From Psilocybe cubensis (Eukaryota): a stretch of DNA of 64,000 nucleotides. The DNA lies in assembly GCA_017499595.2 (NCBI GenBank), contig CM039008.1, positions 1 to 64,000 on the forward strand, written 5' to 3'. Below are positions 33,897 through 48,631 of the stretch, piece after piece. Positions within the stretch are counted from its first letter, which is position 1. Every line of letters starts with the position of its first letter. The notes beneath the pieces were generated by a model. That model was given only the letters and a program-made list of their open reading frames with translations, ran no database searches and was not told where the DNA came from. The translations under genes were made by a program, and so were the position numbers.

Positions 33897-33966
33897 TAAA
33901 CCCTAAACCCTAAACCCTAAACCCTAAACCCTAAACCCTAAACCCTAAAACCTAAAAACCAAAACC
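33897..33966 (+). repeat. Proximal telomeric tract (likely the original chromosome end), degenerating into unique DNA
   Basis: TAAACCC x7, then TAAAACC/TAAAAACC/AAAAACC. Confidence 0.88.
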
Positions 33967-36900
33967 ATACTATGATGATACAAGCTACCTTCCACCTGCT
34001 GTTGCTGATGTTGGAAGACAGAGTAAGACGAGGGCGAGGCAGAACCTGCACTCGACGACTGCGGGTGCTGCGAATACGATGCGAAATGTGCGAGATAGAG
34101 TGCTGCGAGTGCGGACTGTGCCCACGGCTTTGGCTCTGCTGCCCCTCCTGCTGAATCGTCGCAATAGACGGGTACCCATCATGCTGCACCGAAGACGGGT
34201 TTCAAACCTGCATAACAAACACAAAAAAAAAGACAACAAACATGCTTAGCGCATGCGCATCATAAGGAAAAGTGAAACGATATAACATACCGTTGGATGT
34301 GACGCTCATGATACTCCCCGGCCGCCCATCAGGCGCCATTGGCGTCGTCTCGCGCGACGCACCTGGTAGCAGCTTGGGGTGCGGCGAAAGCAGCCCATGG
34401 CGCACCATCAAATGTCTACCCATCCAAAAAAAAAAAAAAAAAAACACCTCGTCAGAAAGAACCCATAGTATAAAAACCAGCTGAACAAAAACTCACGGTA
34501 AAGGCGTGTGCGGATCCAAACTCGAATCCGAGTCTTCATCGTCCTATCCACGCCTTGCTCTTCCTCTCCTTCCTGCTACGCCTCCTCCGACGCCGCCGTA
34601 CACATCATCATCGCTCCCCTAACCCTCCAACACCCGCTGTCCTCTCAAAACTCATCCGCTCCTCGCCTTTCGTCCAACTCCCCGACCCGGTGCCCAACCC
34701 GCTCCCAGACCCAGAACCAGAGCTCGCAAGTACAACCTCCATAGTCTTTGACACCGCCCGATCGAGGTCTTGAAGAACCTGGATCTCGCGCTCTTTGCTC
34801 ACTCCTGTAGCCGTGCTCGTGCTTGTGCTTGTGCCGGTGTTCGTGCTCGTGCTCGTGGCAGGTCCTGCGCCTGTAGTGATCCCAAGCCCAACACCAATTC
34901 CACCTTGCTTCACCGCCGCCATAGCCAATGTGAGCAAGTTCAATGAGAGGCGGAGGGAGCCATGATGGGGGAAGGGGTACGTAAAAGAGGACGCAATTCC
35001 TGTGCACGAGCCACCTCTAATGTTAACAGTACAGGGGCAATGATAGTAAACCACTTACCAAGAGCGTGTTCCCTGCGCACCATCTAACTCCTGACAGTTT
35101 TCCGCCACCCGTGTCTAGATGGTCGAAGTTTTGTCAGCTATTTGTAAGCTTCATTGTATTTGAGTTATTTTCCATCGATCAGGAAGAGGCAGAGATGGTG
35201 GTCGAAGGGGACAGTAAAGTTGAGTCATCGTGTGGGGCCAAAAATGATATGTTGATCTACGCACCTTTAGCCATGCCATGACGTGTCACCGGAATCCCCT
35301 TCTATTCTCCCAAGATTAGCCTTTAGCAAATGAGAATCTCAGATAAAGAAACCAGTCAAGATTGCCCTTGGAGTCTGAACGATTGAACACGAAGGGACGA
35401 GAGCGTTTGTCTTTGTTTGCCGCTTCAACCAATTTAACAACTCCAGCGAGACGTAAGACAAAGGCAGCGCATTAATTGCTTTATAAAGGTTTTCTGCTCG
35501 TTTGAGAGGGAAGGGTCAAGTGATTACAAAAGGCGCTACAAGGCACCTCTCAGTTATATTCCACCCGAACACAGAACACAAAACACAAAATAAAACACGT
35601 AAAACACACCTGCTCTCAACACTCTGCCTCTCCTGTCCAACCTACTGCGCATAATAACCAATCTTGACGATGGAGTAGGGCTCGACGACGCGCTTGATAT
35701 TACCTTTGAGGAGTGCCTCGTACAGCTCGGGGAGGTGCGTGGGGATTGATGGGTCGGATTGGAGTTCTGTTGGTGGTGTTGTGGCAGGAGTGGTACGTGG
35801 GTTGGGGTGTGTGACGTGGTATTGGAACGTGTTGTGTTGTGTGGTGTTGTGTGGCGTGGTGTGGGAGGTGTGGTATGTCCGTGTGGTCTGTGGCGAGGTG
35901 TGGTGTGGGTGAGAGGACGAGAGGAACGAGATGAGGAGTGGGGATGGACAAAAAAGAAAAGGTCTTTAGTAAGTGTACCGCATTATAGTCATAGAAGATG
36001 GAAGAAAAAAGCGAAGAAGCACCTGGCAACCAACAAAGTACGACAAAACGCGAGAACACAATAACACAATCACCCGCGTCTAAGCACACACACAGCGTGT
36101 TCCATTGCGCATACAAACATCTATGGGAACCGTCAGTGGGTTAGGTGCATCGTGTTGCGTATTGAAATTGTGTGTTGCGCTGTGTACGTTGCATTGCGAT
36201 TGTGTGTTATGCATCATTCACTACACGCAGAAAAGCTTCGGACCTGCATGTATGAGATGCTGTACAATACGCAACGCAGCGGCTTCGTGGAGAGGGGTGC
36301 GATAGGGATGATGATGACGGTGGTGAGGGAATGTTAAATGAATGCCCCCAGAAAACGAAAGAAAGCAAGCAATGTACAATAAAAGGAAATAAAAGAAGAG
36401 AAGAGAAGAGACGACGGACGTACCATTGCAATACAACCTCAACACCTTGCCAAACTCTTTCAAATCTCTCCCCTGATGCCCACGCGCAACGGCGTGCATG
36501 GTGTTGACGAGTTTGAGCGTAAGGAGCGCGTTGACGTCTTCCGACTTTCATTTTCATGGGTGGGGTGAGCTGATAAAGACGTGAGGCGAGGGAAAGAAGG
36601 GACTTACAAAGTTCAACATGACTGTTTAACATGTACTTCAACGCTGAACCAACTTATCCCTGCTCATTCTTCGTGTCCCCTCCAACCTCCTTCGCCCTAG
36701 CCTTCTCTTCTTTATCCTGAACTTTGCCACCAGCCGCGGAAGAATCTTTCATGCCCGCGGCGCTGAGATTCTTGAATGCCTCAAAGAAGGAGGAGGAGAC
36801 GGTGCTGTAGTCTTTGCCTTTGGCGTGCAGGATGCAGGATTGCATGTCGGTTTGGGATTGGAGGTAGGGTGGGCCATAAATTGAGCTTGCGGCGGTGCTG

Positions 36901-37079
36901 AAGGAGGTTAGGGATACAGATATGTGCCTATGTGTGTGCGTGCGTGTGCGTGTGTGCGTCGGAGGGTGGATGAGGGAACGAGGGAGAAAGGCTGAGCTCT
37001 GTGAGAAGTGTCTCGATGAGCGCAAGTTGACTGTCATAGTTGGCTTTTATGTCGCGTCAGAGCCCTCTGGCTACACAAA

Positions 37080-37690
37080 CGAGGTCAGAACGCATGAAAA
37101 ATACCGCAAGTTGATGTACTTACCAACTCTCCTTTAATATCTTCTAACAGGTCACCTCGCGGGAAGTTGATACATTGCGTCCGAGCATTCAGACTATGGA
37201 ATAAAGGTCAGAATGTGCCCAAAGCACTTACCATATTTTGATATACAAGTTGGGTAGATGGCGGTTTGCGGGAAATTGATACATTGCGTCGGAGCTATAA
37301 AATAGCAGATGGACCGCTCGCGGGAAGTCGATACGTTGCGCCGGAGTATTCAGACTATAAAGTAAACGTCAGAAAGTGACCAGAGCACTCAAAGTCAACT
37401 TACTTACCACTCGATGTACAAGTTGGGTAAGTCGGCAGCTCGCGGGAAGTCGATACGTTGCGTCGGAGTACTCAGACTATAAAGTAAACATCAGAAAGTG
37501 ACCAGAGCACTCAAAGTCAATGTACTTGCCATATCTCGATGTACAAGTCGAGTAGATGGGCAACTCCCGGGAAATCAATACGTCGTGTCGGAGTATTCAG
37601 TCTTTAAAAGACCCGATGGACCGCTCGCGGGAAGTCGATACATTGCCTCTGAGCATTCTGGGCTGAAAAAAAAGGTCAGAACAACTCCCT
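37080..37690. repeat. Degenerate tandem repeat, unit up to about 120 bp
   Basis: Recurrent CGCGGGAAGTCGATAC(G/A)TTGCG..GGAGTATTCAGACTAT..GTCAGAA at about 37158, 37268, 37319, 37441, 37567, 37626. Confidence 0.7.
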
Positions 37691-38559
37691 AACCCTGCAA
37701 AGTGATGTGCTTACCAACAAGTCACCCTCAATACGACACCAGCTGTCCACACAAATGCAAAAGTCAGTACAGTGATCAACACCAGATGTAAACTACATAC
37801 CTTTCAGTCACCAAGCCTCTTTGCTCAATGTTCACCGGCCGTCCAAATCTCAAATCGAACCCTGCAATGCATGGTCAGTACCATGGAACTCTGATGACGG
37901 CTGAAAAACTTCCCCATGGTGGTGGTTCAAAGTCAAAGTGTGATGCGACGGCAGTGACCATGTTTGGCATGGCCAAACAACGGATACCGGTGGTGGAACA
38001 TACACCCAGCAGGGCATAATGCACGGCTGGAATTCAGCAAGTGTACTCCCTCTTTATACCTTTTTTTGCCAAGGGTCGAGCCTCATGCCATTTTCTCTAA
38101 CTTCATCAATCGGACTAGTCTGCACTTCGTTTCCGAAGCTTACGAGGTCAGTAAATTTTTGTATTACAATGCCATAATTCGGGATCCTCACTGCTTGCTA
38201 TTCCGCTTCTCATTTGCACCCTTTTCCGACCAATTCTATGCAACATACACAGTGTATACCTTTAACTTGGTGAATGACCCAGGCTGACAGCGAGATTGAG
38301 GCGCGAGGGATTGCTGTCGATACGCCTTGACTGCGGCCTCGTACCATGGGGGTTGGTAAGGTTCTTGCCGGGTTTGTGTTGTTGAGGTTGAGATGATAAT
38401 GATAGTGGAAAGAGGGGATGCCCCGATGTTGTGGGGTGTTGTGGCTGTCTGTGTGAGTGTTCTTTGTGGATATCGAGTGCCGGCTAACTGTGCAGTTCCT
38501 TAATACCACGACGGCGCACTGAACACTGCCCGTCAAATTTATGCTGACGTCGTCACTGG

Positions 38560-39400
38560 GTGGTATGTCAGCCTGCTGAATTTGCGTTGTAAAACACAAC
38601 GATGGGTCGCGGTGCTGAAGGGCATGTAGGTGCTATGGGTATCGTATGGGCAGTGTCTGCTGACAAGAGATGAAATGCAGGTCTGGGAAGCTTTGAAAAC
38701 GATGGCACGTACCTTTAATGCAGTCAATGTTGAGCAGTACAAGGCTGACAAAAGAATTGAGGTGCGAGGCGTTACAATAGTCAACAGTTGACCACTGGCG
38801 GCGTTTGTACCAAGAGGACGGGTGAGTTCCTTGTCGGGCACGTTGTGACAGTTGGTAAACACGATGGCTAGTAAGCAACGTGCAATGATGGACGCAGTAT
38901 GCGTTTGGAACAGGTCGAGTGAGAGCAAGTGTTGTGGGTATCGTATGAGAAGTGTCTCCAGCCGGGGGATGAGTTGTGCATCTAGAAATCGTTGAATGAC
39001 AACGGTACGTACCTTTTTCGCAGTTGATGTCGAGTACCAGGCTGAAAGCAAGGTTGAGGCGCAATGACTCGCTCTTGATCAGGCATTGTCCATTGGCGAG
39101 GTTGTACAACGAGGATCTCTGTTGTGGGCGGAGAGCTTGAGGCTGTACATAATGAATGGCGCCTACGTTGGTGAGTTTTATGCTTTTTCATGCCAACAAC
39201 GATGTTGAAACCGATGGGCAGCACAATGAGCAAGGTTGAGGTGCGAGGAGGATTGGTGGAATTGAGGCGGAGGCATGTTGTGGGGTAGCAGGTGGAGTGT
39301 CTGTTGACAGGGAATTAATGGGACACCTGGAAACCTTTGAATGACAGTACGTACCTTTATCACGATGGATGTTGAACACCAGGCTGACAGAAATAAAAAG
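38560..39400. repeat. Degenerate repeat, about 300-350 bp period
   Basis: ACG/CAG-GTACGTACCTTT...GATGT(C/T)GA..ACCAGGCTGA-like motif at about 38700, 39000, 39345. Confidence 0.55.
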
Positions 39401-42400
39401 GGTCGCTCATCGTTGACCAGCGACCACAAAGACGGCTGTCGGTGGTGTCGAGGGTTGATGAGAGAGGGAGGGAAGTGTGCAATATGAGTTTTAGGTGAGT
39501 TTTCACGGTTGTACACGGTGACAACTACGTTAACGTTGCACAGGGACGTGAAAATACGACCGAAAGGCACGGTAGAGGTGCAATGCAAGGAGTAAGATCG
39601 CGTTGTGAGGCGCCATGGATAGACCGGATCGGGCGGAGGTCAAAGGTGTAGCAGCGCAGAAGAGAGAAGCAAGGGACGCGAAAAACGAAGAGTCAAAGCG
39701 AGACAGTCGGGTTGGGAAAGAGGGAATTGCAGCAAAAAAGATGAGACTTGATAAATTTGAGACTGCGGGACGCGTTGAATTGGAAAACGCCGGCGACGGA
39801 CAACAACACCTAGGTAACAACATTGCACTGTGTATCAACATCAATTAAGCGCCAAGGGTGCGCATCTTTACTTCTAATGCAAATAACACCTTGAACAAGG
39901 ATCACATACCGATACCGGGCTCACGAACCACCCACCAGTACCCTATCACACTCCCTTAAACCACCCACTCAGCAGGACATCCTCAACTATCCCACCAAAT
40001 CCTTAGCGTGGATGATAGGAAATTTAAAACAATATTCAGTATCACGCAATGAATCACGCAGAGAGCGTGGACAATGAGACGCGACCAGGCAAACAAGGAC
40101 ACCGACGTAACTTTTCAGAGGTCACAGAAAGAGTGTGTGAGTTGGCGGAGAGTGCATATGCAATTAGCGTGGCGCACAGAGTCGAGTGGAATTGGGATGA
40201 GATTTGACATTATGGCTCACTTAAACAACAGTTACCAAATGCCTTCTCCAAGCGACGCTATACATGATGTTCAGTCTGAACGGCTCAATAGCGACCGGAC
40301 AGTACAACAGGGCAAAAGGGTGCGATGAGCTATCAATTTGGGGGTGGAATGCTTATGGTGTGAGGATGAAGGCGGTGGTAGATTATATGGAGAGGAAACA
40401 GCGAGGATACGTATCATAGAAAGGGACGCACTCGGATTAAACACACGCGCGCACATCCAACACATCCACCCACACCGTTGTTCCGCTTGTCATAGTACCC
40501 AACACATCTAGTTACATCAAACATTTCAATTTGCCACGCCAACGACGCTCCTCTAACGCTTGGTATTTCCCTCTTGACCTTGCTCTTATCTGATACCATC
40601 GTCCGACTTCTACAAGAAAATCATGATGCAGGTTCAACGCTGATACATAGCGTCTCAAGCAACACACCAATAGTACGCACAAGCAAGGTTGCACCAGATA
40701 AAGAGGACGTGGACTGCAACGTAGAATCGACAGGTACGAGTGGATGTTCAAATATTGAGTCTCAAACAATTCACTTAAGCAGAATATGAGTGCGAGTCGT
40801 GGGGTATCGGGGTGGGTGTAGTGGCCAGGTTAAGGGACGGAACCAACGTATGTAGAGGATGAAGTGAGTTTACTTTCACAATGCACTTGAAACTTGGATT
40901 ATTCTACTTAAAATGAGATTGCCTTGAGAGTGTTTTGAAAGGTCATTTACAAGAAACTTTCTCAACGTCTGCTCAATAATTATAAACATAAATTGGTGCA
41001 GATCATGGATCGACTACGGCTGACCTTATCGGTGATGGTCCATCCATGATCAGTATTCTCCACAGGGCCTGCATCACTCAGAATAAGGCCCATAGCTGTA
41101 GATGAGTCCATCATTGTTCTGAAGAGCCGTTTACCGTGTTTTCATACCTAAGGAAACCACAGTTTCTCACAGTTCTCCACGACCGTTGTGTTGATCATTG
41201 CTCGTAATGCCAGTGTTGTAGATGGGCAAATAAAAACAAGGTATGGCGGTGGATTAAGTTGTGTACAGGGGTGCCCGTCTTATATATCAATACGCTGTGT
41301 ATGTGTGTTGCTGATTCGGTCTCCGCAGCTTGATTGTGCCTATGGACAATATGGACGGTATGGATTTGACAGTTCATTGTCTTTAAAATGAGCGTTGGCT
41401 GCAATTAAAAGCTAGATAAATACACGTACATCTACATCGTCCGATAAGACGAGTGGCGTCCTTGCTGTGGGGAGAGGAGCCGCAGATATTTGGGTATAGA
41501 ATTCTCAGCTGATTTTGAAGAATACGGGACACGAGTAGGAACAATGGTAATTCAGCAATTTATAAGAAATATTGTTAACCCTAAACCCCTAAAGCACAGA
41601 AAGCAGTCGATCCCCATGCTAATTTCGGCCACGCTCCCACTCACTATCCCACCCACGTTCATCCCGGCGTCACCGGCCATCGACATATAATTGAATCGTT
41701 GGTTGAGGATACCATCGACCCCGTAGAGCGCAAGAATGACACATCCCATGCGCATATTGCATATTGAGACCCTGCGCAGAGTTGGCGCGGAACTGGGGCA
41801 GGCAAAGAGACGAGCGGGGGAGCTGTAAGTCATGAGTGGGTGGAGGGGGTCCTTGGAGACGTTTTGGGCGCTTAACGAATGCCAGACCCAATTTTCATCT
41901 GGATGCCGTGTGAGTGACTCGTTTATCTTATTTCACATAATCTCCTCCAATGTATAACTTCATTTTATTCAGGATCCTCATGGCAGACCCAGATTTCCTC
42001 ATTTTGTGCCCAGGTGCGTCTAAACGGAATGTAATGTTTTTATACATGTTCAACTTCGATTGACTTGCATCCAGCTTCTTTACATCTTGCCTAGACAATG
42101 CCTTCGGAGGTACCCGGCTCCTTTATTCAATGTTTGAATGTCAGTTAGATGCAGCAAATGTTTGAAATTGCGTAATTTCGTGACTTGGGGGAGGAGGAGA
42201 TGTATGTGGTGCTAATTTTCCTTCGGCTCACAGCATCATTGCGGCAAAGTATTGTGTTTAGGTGCATTTGATGATAATAGAATGCGTAGTTGAAGAGGTG
42301 GCAGTGCGTTGTGATGAGGAAATGGTGATACTTTTGAAATATTCGTGCCGGGTCTTCAAATTGCGTATATCCCACATTTTCATTGTCTGCGACATTCTGT

Positions 42401-42526
42401 GGTAAGTTTGAAGCACTGAATAGATATAATACTATTTATAGTACTTGATTGAATGTGAAAATTAAGTTCTGCGGTGTTGAGGAAAGTCGGACATGTGAAA
42501 AATTGTGGATACATTAGTACATACAC

Positions 42527-42705
42527 ACCAACCCTAACCTGCTACATATATAATTGTATTCACCAACCCTAACCAACCCTAACCAGACTAATCTGTGCTT
42601 TTATGGTATTATCAAATCCCAACCAACCCTAAAATCTAAACCCTAAACCATCCTAATCTGTATTTTTGTGGTCATCACCAACCCTAATCCCTAACCCTAA
42701 CCAAG
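42527..42705 (+). repeat. Degenerate telomere-like repeat cluster
   Basis: Several CCAACCCTAACC / TAAACCCTAAACC blocks separated by CTAATCTGT..TTT.TGGT spacers. Confidence 0.6.
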
Positions 42706-45700
42706 GCTAATATGTGCTTTGTGGTGTAGGTGTTACATTGTGTTGTTATAATTGTATGGTGATGAATTAGTGATGTTGCTGGTTTGAATCCATCCTGTGT
42801 TACAGCCTAGCATTTAAATACGGTGACGGCAGATCCAAATTTGTTGAGAAGATGGAGGCAGTTGAATGAAGATAAATGAAAGGGAGTCCAATGTACGTGA
42901 GCGAGTTTGCCGTGTGGCAAGTGTAATTATTCCCCGATTCGTATTTGGGATTTCGTGTTCTTTGATATTTTGGATTGTCTTGAGAGATTACAATCGTGAG
43001 TTGAGTTTGATAATCGACTGGTAATTGACTGTGGATCCATGCATTGCGACGGATAACACTAAATACTCGTATATGAAGAAATTTCATTTGACTGTGAATG
43101 TGTGCATTGCATGTAAGTATACGACGGATAGTGTGCAGGGCATACTTTGATACAAATGCAGACTGTGATATCATGCTACCGACTCTGACTCCTTCATGGC
43201 TCTCAGAATACTTGATGAGATGAATTCTCACCTAAATGCAGATCTCGATGGTCAACACCAAACCAAAGCTGAACCACAAATTCATCCAGTATCGAGTTCT
43301 CGACAGTCATGCACACGGAGATTTCGTCGCCGTTGTGTAAAGCCTTTGAATTTGCGAATCGGGACTAGCGAGAGAGAGAGAGAGAAAGATGTATTTTCGG
43401 CTGTTGGGTGGTATAGTCTACGCCAGCTACGGTACGTAACACCCTAAAGGTATATAATGGGCACTAACCTAGCTCTTTTCCGTCATCGAGTCACCGCACT
43501 TGTCCTCTCATCTCTTACAACCGCCAATTTCCCTGTCCTTGCCCTCCCATTTCATGCCACGGACATCGTGTATATCCCAGAAGGTGAGTCAGTCTTCCTG
43601 GTAGATGATGGGTGACTACACAGATTTTCAATCCTAAAGCTTGCTAGAAACGGGAAAACAAAGACATGTACGGTACCGTTTTGTTGTAGCCTACACCCAA
43701 TCAACATTATAAACTCCAAAAACTAAATACGCATTCCCACACGTAGCATCCGCACCTATACACGAGTCAACAACAACACATTATAAAATAAAGGAGAAAC
43801 AGAAACATACCGTTTACGAAACATTCGCACAAGGCGATGACGCTGGGCCAGCCGTCTGGTGGAGGCTTGACCTGCCGATAGCCGCGTCGCCGACGGTGCA
43901 GAATACAACATTGTCTCCGGGCACGGTGAATGCAGTATTGGGGATGCTGGCAAGGTGAATGTAACATTCTATGGTGTTGGATATGTCTGCGGTTGTGAAT
44001 GTGGTGACAAGCATGGACCATGGTTCAACATAACCGCCTGTATACCGTGTACCTCAATGTATTAACAAAGACTGGCATTTGGAGAGCGGTAGAGGATCTA
44101 TGGGCAAATATTGGTTGTTATAGGTGATAAGAGAAACCACTCACAAATCGTTAAAAGCAAATCGCGCACATATATGTCGTCTCCCGCACTTGCGGGAATG
44201 GACCGTATTTGACACGTCACTTCCTTGACTTGCGGAGGACTTGGTTAGCTAGAGAGCACAGATTTGAGTGTCTAGACAGGTAAGCGATTCGAGAATGTAC
44301 TGGTTGATGTATATACTTGACTAACTCGTGTATATGCATGAAAAGAAATAAGCAGACAAGACTGAAAGCGAGACACAAGCGTATTTATCTCATAAGAGAC
44401 AGACACAACCCAACAAATAGACAGTCCAGAAAGCCAAATGGACGATGAAGGATTGGACAAGACACTGGTCGTACGTAGTGAGAATGGAGAGGTGATGTGG
44501 GTGGTGGTAGGGGTGACAATCACGCCAGGGAAGGTGAAGAAAGGAAAGGATAGAGGATCGGATTGGTTTGTCCTGGGAATCTGTTGGAGGAGCACAATGG
44601 GTTACAAAACGGCACGCACCGGCTCATCTATATTTGGTTTCAAGCCCATCGCTCATCCCGCCCCACCCGCACCCTCACCCTCACCCTCACCCTCACCATT
44701 GGCCTCGCCAATGTTACGGCAACCCCTGCGAACAGGAACCACTAGATCTGAATATCCCATGACCTTGGGGGATACAAGTATAAGTTTCACACATCCCATC
44801 GACACCAAAGTGCACAAAAGACCGGGTCATGTCATGGCCCTTCAGTATTGTCCTATGCATATGTGCGGTATCGCCCATTTCATCCTGCACTATGACCGAG
44901 GAAGAATACAGCACATGTACATGTGTTCATCACGGGAGGCCGTGGCGGGCGAAGAAACATTGTGGATGCGACGGAGAATGCAAAGATTGGTGGAATTACT
45001 AGGGGATATGGTGAGTGGAGAGTGGAATAGGGAGTGTTGGTGAACGTGAGATTGAGGGTTGTGCTTTTGCGTCGACGTTGACTGTGAGGTAGTAAAGAGA
45101 GGGAGGGGGGCGTGCAATGTCCGGGTTGATCCTTCATTCCCTCATCCCTTCTTTTCTGAGCTCTCGGACCTTATTCCCTCCTCTTTCATTGACAATGGCG
45201 GCACGGCAAGCTTTTCTCGACACAATGGTGAGTCACATTCTCCCGATGCTGAATGGTTCTGACGCCCTCTGAGCATGACGGTAGGACATGTTAGACCACG
45301 TATAACACGCAAACCGTTGACGACGCACCTTGACAGAGCGTCCCGACAACTCATCCATTCCGTGCTCATCATGTACACCGTCGGACTCTCGCCCTCAATG
45401 ATGGTGCTGCAAATGCAGTGGCATGGTGAGGCCAGTCTGGGATTTTTGATACGCGTGGGCTGGTTGAACGGGACACAGTGAGTGGACCATGGTAACCAGC
45501 AGTGCATAACTGACAGACCTTGATAGAGTATCCCCTTGTCATGCCAGCCTATCTGGCCCATGCCGAATATTGCGTTGCAAGTTGGTCAGCGTGATTTGTA
45601 GTTCATGCGGGCTGACTTGGCATTGAATGGACCCCCGTGAGTAGACACGTCCTGTAAACCAGGCCTGATCGCGCTGCAAGTCGGTTCCGCAGACCCACAA

Positions 45701-47809
45701 CATCGTGGTGAGCTCATTCGTGATGCGTGCGGGTTGTAGCGTACTGCATAAGTTGAATGAGACACAGTGAGTAGATGGCCGGTGATCAACAGTACATGAC
45801 TGACGCACCTTTATACAGCATCCCTCGTCCTGCAGACATGTCCGGCCCAGTCTGTTGCACAGGCCGCATCACCGTGGTAAGCGCGTTCTGCAATAAAAAA
45901 AAAAAGGTCAACCCGTGAGCAACAGCACCATGACTCTGATGGTGGACATACCTTGACAACCCTTCCCAACCCCCTCTGCGCATCGAGCGTCGCGTCGAAC
46001 ACCAGCTTTGCAAGGTAGGCCAACGGCTTCAGGTAGTTGAGTGACACTAATACCTTTAAAGCGTTCTTCGATATGCAGACTGACACACTTCTGTCATCCC
46101 ATATGTAGCAGCCGGTCCGAGGATGCGAAACCACACGTCACTGTGGAGTCCCCAAGTTGGTGCAGAGACAGAGGAGAGGCTAGATGCGGATGCAGAGAAT
46201 GTGTGAGAGAGAGGAAGCAAGAGAAATCGGTGAGTGCCACTGCAATGAAAGCCGATCTATTGACTTACCTGAATTAGACCACCCATTGCTGTCACCGCGG
46301 GCCTGCTTGCACCTCGCTGCCATTGCGCCAGACGTCGACCAACACCCTTCAGTCTCCCACCTGGATGGTGACAAAGGTGCGTTGATGGCCGCGGTACAAT
46401 GATTTCACGGTGTGTAGCCGTTGACTCACCTTGCCCACACCATCCCGTCTTCTGCACCACACTTCCCCATCCACACCCGCTCGCGATGTTTCTCTGAAAT
46501 AGTGTGTAAGTGTTCTAGTAGGTTGTACATACCGATTGCACGGTGTCCGGTGAGGGGTCAAGAACTCGATGATCCTGGGATGAAGGGTGATGGTTGGAAA
46601 CAAGGACTACACGTTAGTCATCGTTAGGGCATGATGATGATGTGATACTGACAGCAGAGTCAGTGAATAATATTTCCCACTACCACATCACTGTACGAGT
46701 GAAATCAAAAGACAAAGAGAGTACTGAGAGAGAGAGACAGTCCGAATCCAAAAAATCAATGGAGCTTGAATAAATAACTAGGTAAAAAAGCAGTTGAGCG
46801 AACGAGTGGGTTTAGAAACCCTTCCCAAGCAGCGTACGCTCTCCCTCTCTCTAAGCAACACCCCGTCCTCTCCAACCCCACGTCCAGCTACCATTGTCAC
46901 ATCACCAACGCCCATGCCATCAAACCCACGGCCTCTTCCTCTGACAATATCATACGCTGCACGCTGGTCCATACTCATTCCATACCCGCCATACCCACTT
47001 TGATCCATACCACCCAGCGAACCCGGCATCCCCAGCTCACCGCATGCTGCACCGCCCCACTGACACACCACTACCCATCGCATGTTCTTGCATCGAAGTC
47101 GTCGCCGCCATGCTTATGACACGGGGGGTTAGAGCATCATTGTTGCTGTGGTAGTGGATGGATAAAAGACCAGCGTGTCGAGGTCGCGGATAGACATGTT
47201 GGCACAGCCAGATGGGAGTCTTGATGTTGAGTAGCGAGCTATGCTTGAAGATATCGGGAACACGGGAAGGTGACTAAAGAAGAGGCAGGATGGTCGGCAC
47301 TATTCTGAACAGCGAGTAGGTGGGAGTGCAGGGCGTTGGTAGTGATGTGCGAGTGTGAGATAGAGCAAGTTGAGGCCGAGAGGACGAGCTGCAGCATGCA
47401 GCATGGCTGCCGGAACGAGGATCGGGATGGAGGACGGCTGGACAGAAGCTGGTGATAATGGGAGTGGAGACTGGTTGCGACTGAGCGAGGGAGTGACGAT
47501 GAAGAGAGGAGAGATGCGCATCGGGCATGCGCATGAGGGGCAAGGGTGAATGTCACGCACGATGGACCTCTAGGTTGGTCCAAGAAACATGACTGGACAT
47601 CAACGAGGGGTGTTGGGAGCGGGCGACGGGGCATTAATGGTGAGAATGCGCATACAAAGGGGGGTGTGGGTGTGGTTATGGTGAATGGGACCAAGTTGAA
47701 GGAGGTGACGAGGGTTGATGATGAGGCGCTGGTGGCAGGTTGAGAATGCAGACGTGAGCACCTCGTGTGTGTCGAAGGGTTGGTTCTTTTCGATTTCGAA
47801 GACATCGAA

Positions 47810-48060
47810 CCCACCTTACGTGTTTGTGTTTGTGTTTGACACTGTAACCTCCGCTTATGCTTATACCACACCTCATGACACTGTCTTTGCCTCGCCTGCT
47901 GCACCACCAGCCACCTCAATCGTTCTTCGGCTTTCCGACATGTCCCAGGGTCAAAACACAGTAAGCGCACAATTGGCACTTATCCTCTCTGTGCTCGAGT
48001 CTTTGCTTGCATGGTTGGACAACGTGTTGCAGAAAGAGGGAGCAGATGCAATGTGTGGAA
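47810..48060. repeat. Dispersed repeat, diverged second copy at about 53320-53570
   Basis: Shared GTGTTTGTGTTTG.CACTGTAACCTCCGCT.ATGCTTATACCAC.CCTCATGAC...GGTTGGAC..CG.GTTGCAG.AAGAGGGAGCAG. Confidence 0.7.
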
Positions 48061-48431
48061 AAACCATGTCTATACGCACGGATTCAGGAACAGCGGTTAG
48101 GGATAGTATAAGCAAACAAAAACAAACACAAACACTTTGGCGAGCGAAGGCGGCGGCGGCAGCAACAGGCGGCAAGTGGGGCCGGGTGGCAGCAGCGCGG
48201 GGGGTGGTGGTGCAACAACACGCAGCAGAGTGCGTGTAGTTGTGGGCGGCGAGTGGACGCAACGGCGGGACGGCAGCCGGCGAGGGGAGGCGGCGTGGCA
48301 GCAGCAACGGCGTTGAGTGGAGGCGGCGGGCAGCAGCAGCAGCGGCCTGGAGGTGGCAGTGCAATGACACGCAGCGGCAAGCGCAAGTGTCGGGGCAGCG
48401 AGCGCAGGCGTCGGGGGTGGTGAGACAGGCG

Positions 48432-48631
48432 GGAGGCCGGCCTCCACTCGCGCGTACGACGTGCGTACTAATTGAGGCCGGCCTCCAGTGCCTGTCAAAA
48501 TTTATTTTTAGACGGAGGCCGGCCTCCAGTGCCTGTCAAAATTTATTTTTAGACAGAGGCCGGCCTCCAGTGACCTCCATCAATTTGGAGGCCGGCCTCC
48601 AGTGGCCTCCATCAATTTGGAGGCCGGCCTC
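48432..48631. repeat. Minisatellite built on the palindrome GGAGGCCGGCCTCC
   Basis: Six (G)GAGGCCGGCCTC(C) copies at 30-42 bp spacing. Confidence 0.8.

Noticed and set aside
33970-35060. Possible spliced minus-strand gene next to the array
   Set aside because: Low-complexity Ser/Gly/Thr frames with stops; no supportable product or exon model
48432-48631. CRISPR-like array
   Set aside because: Eukaryotic context, spacers repeat each other, no cas genes; a minisatellite
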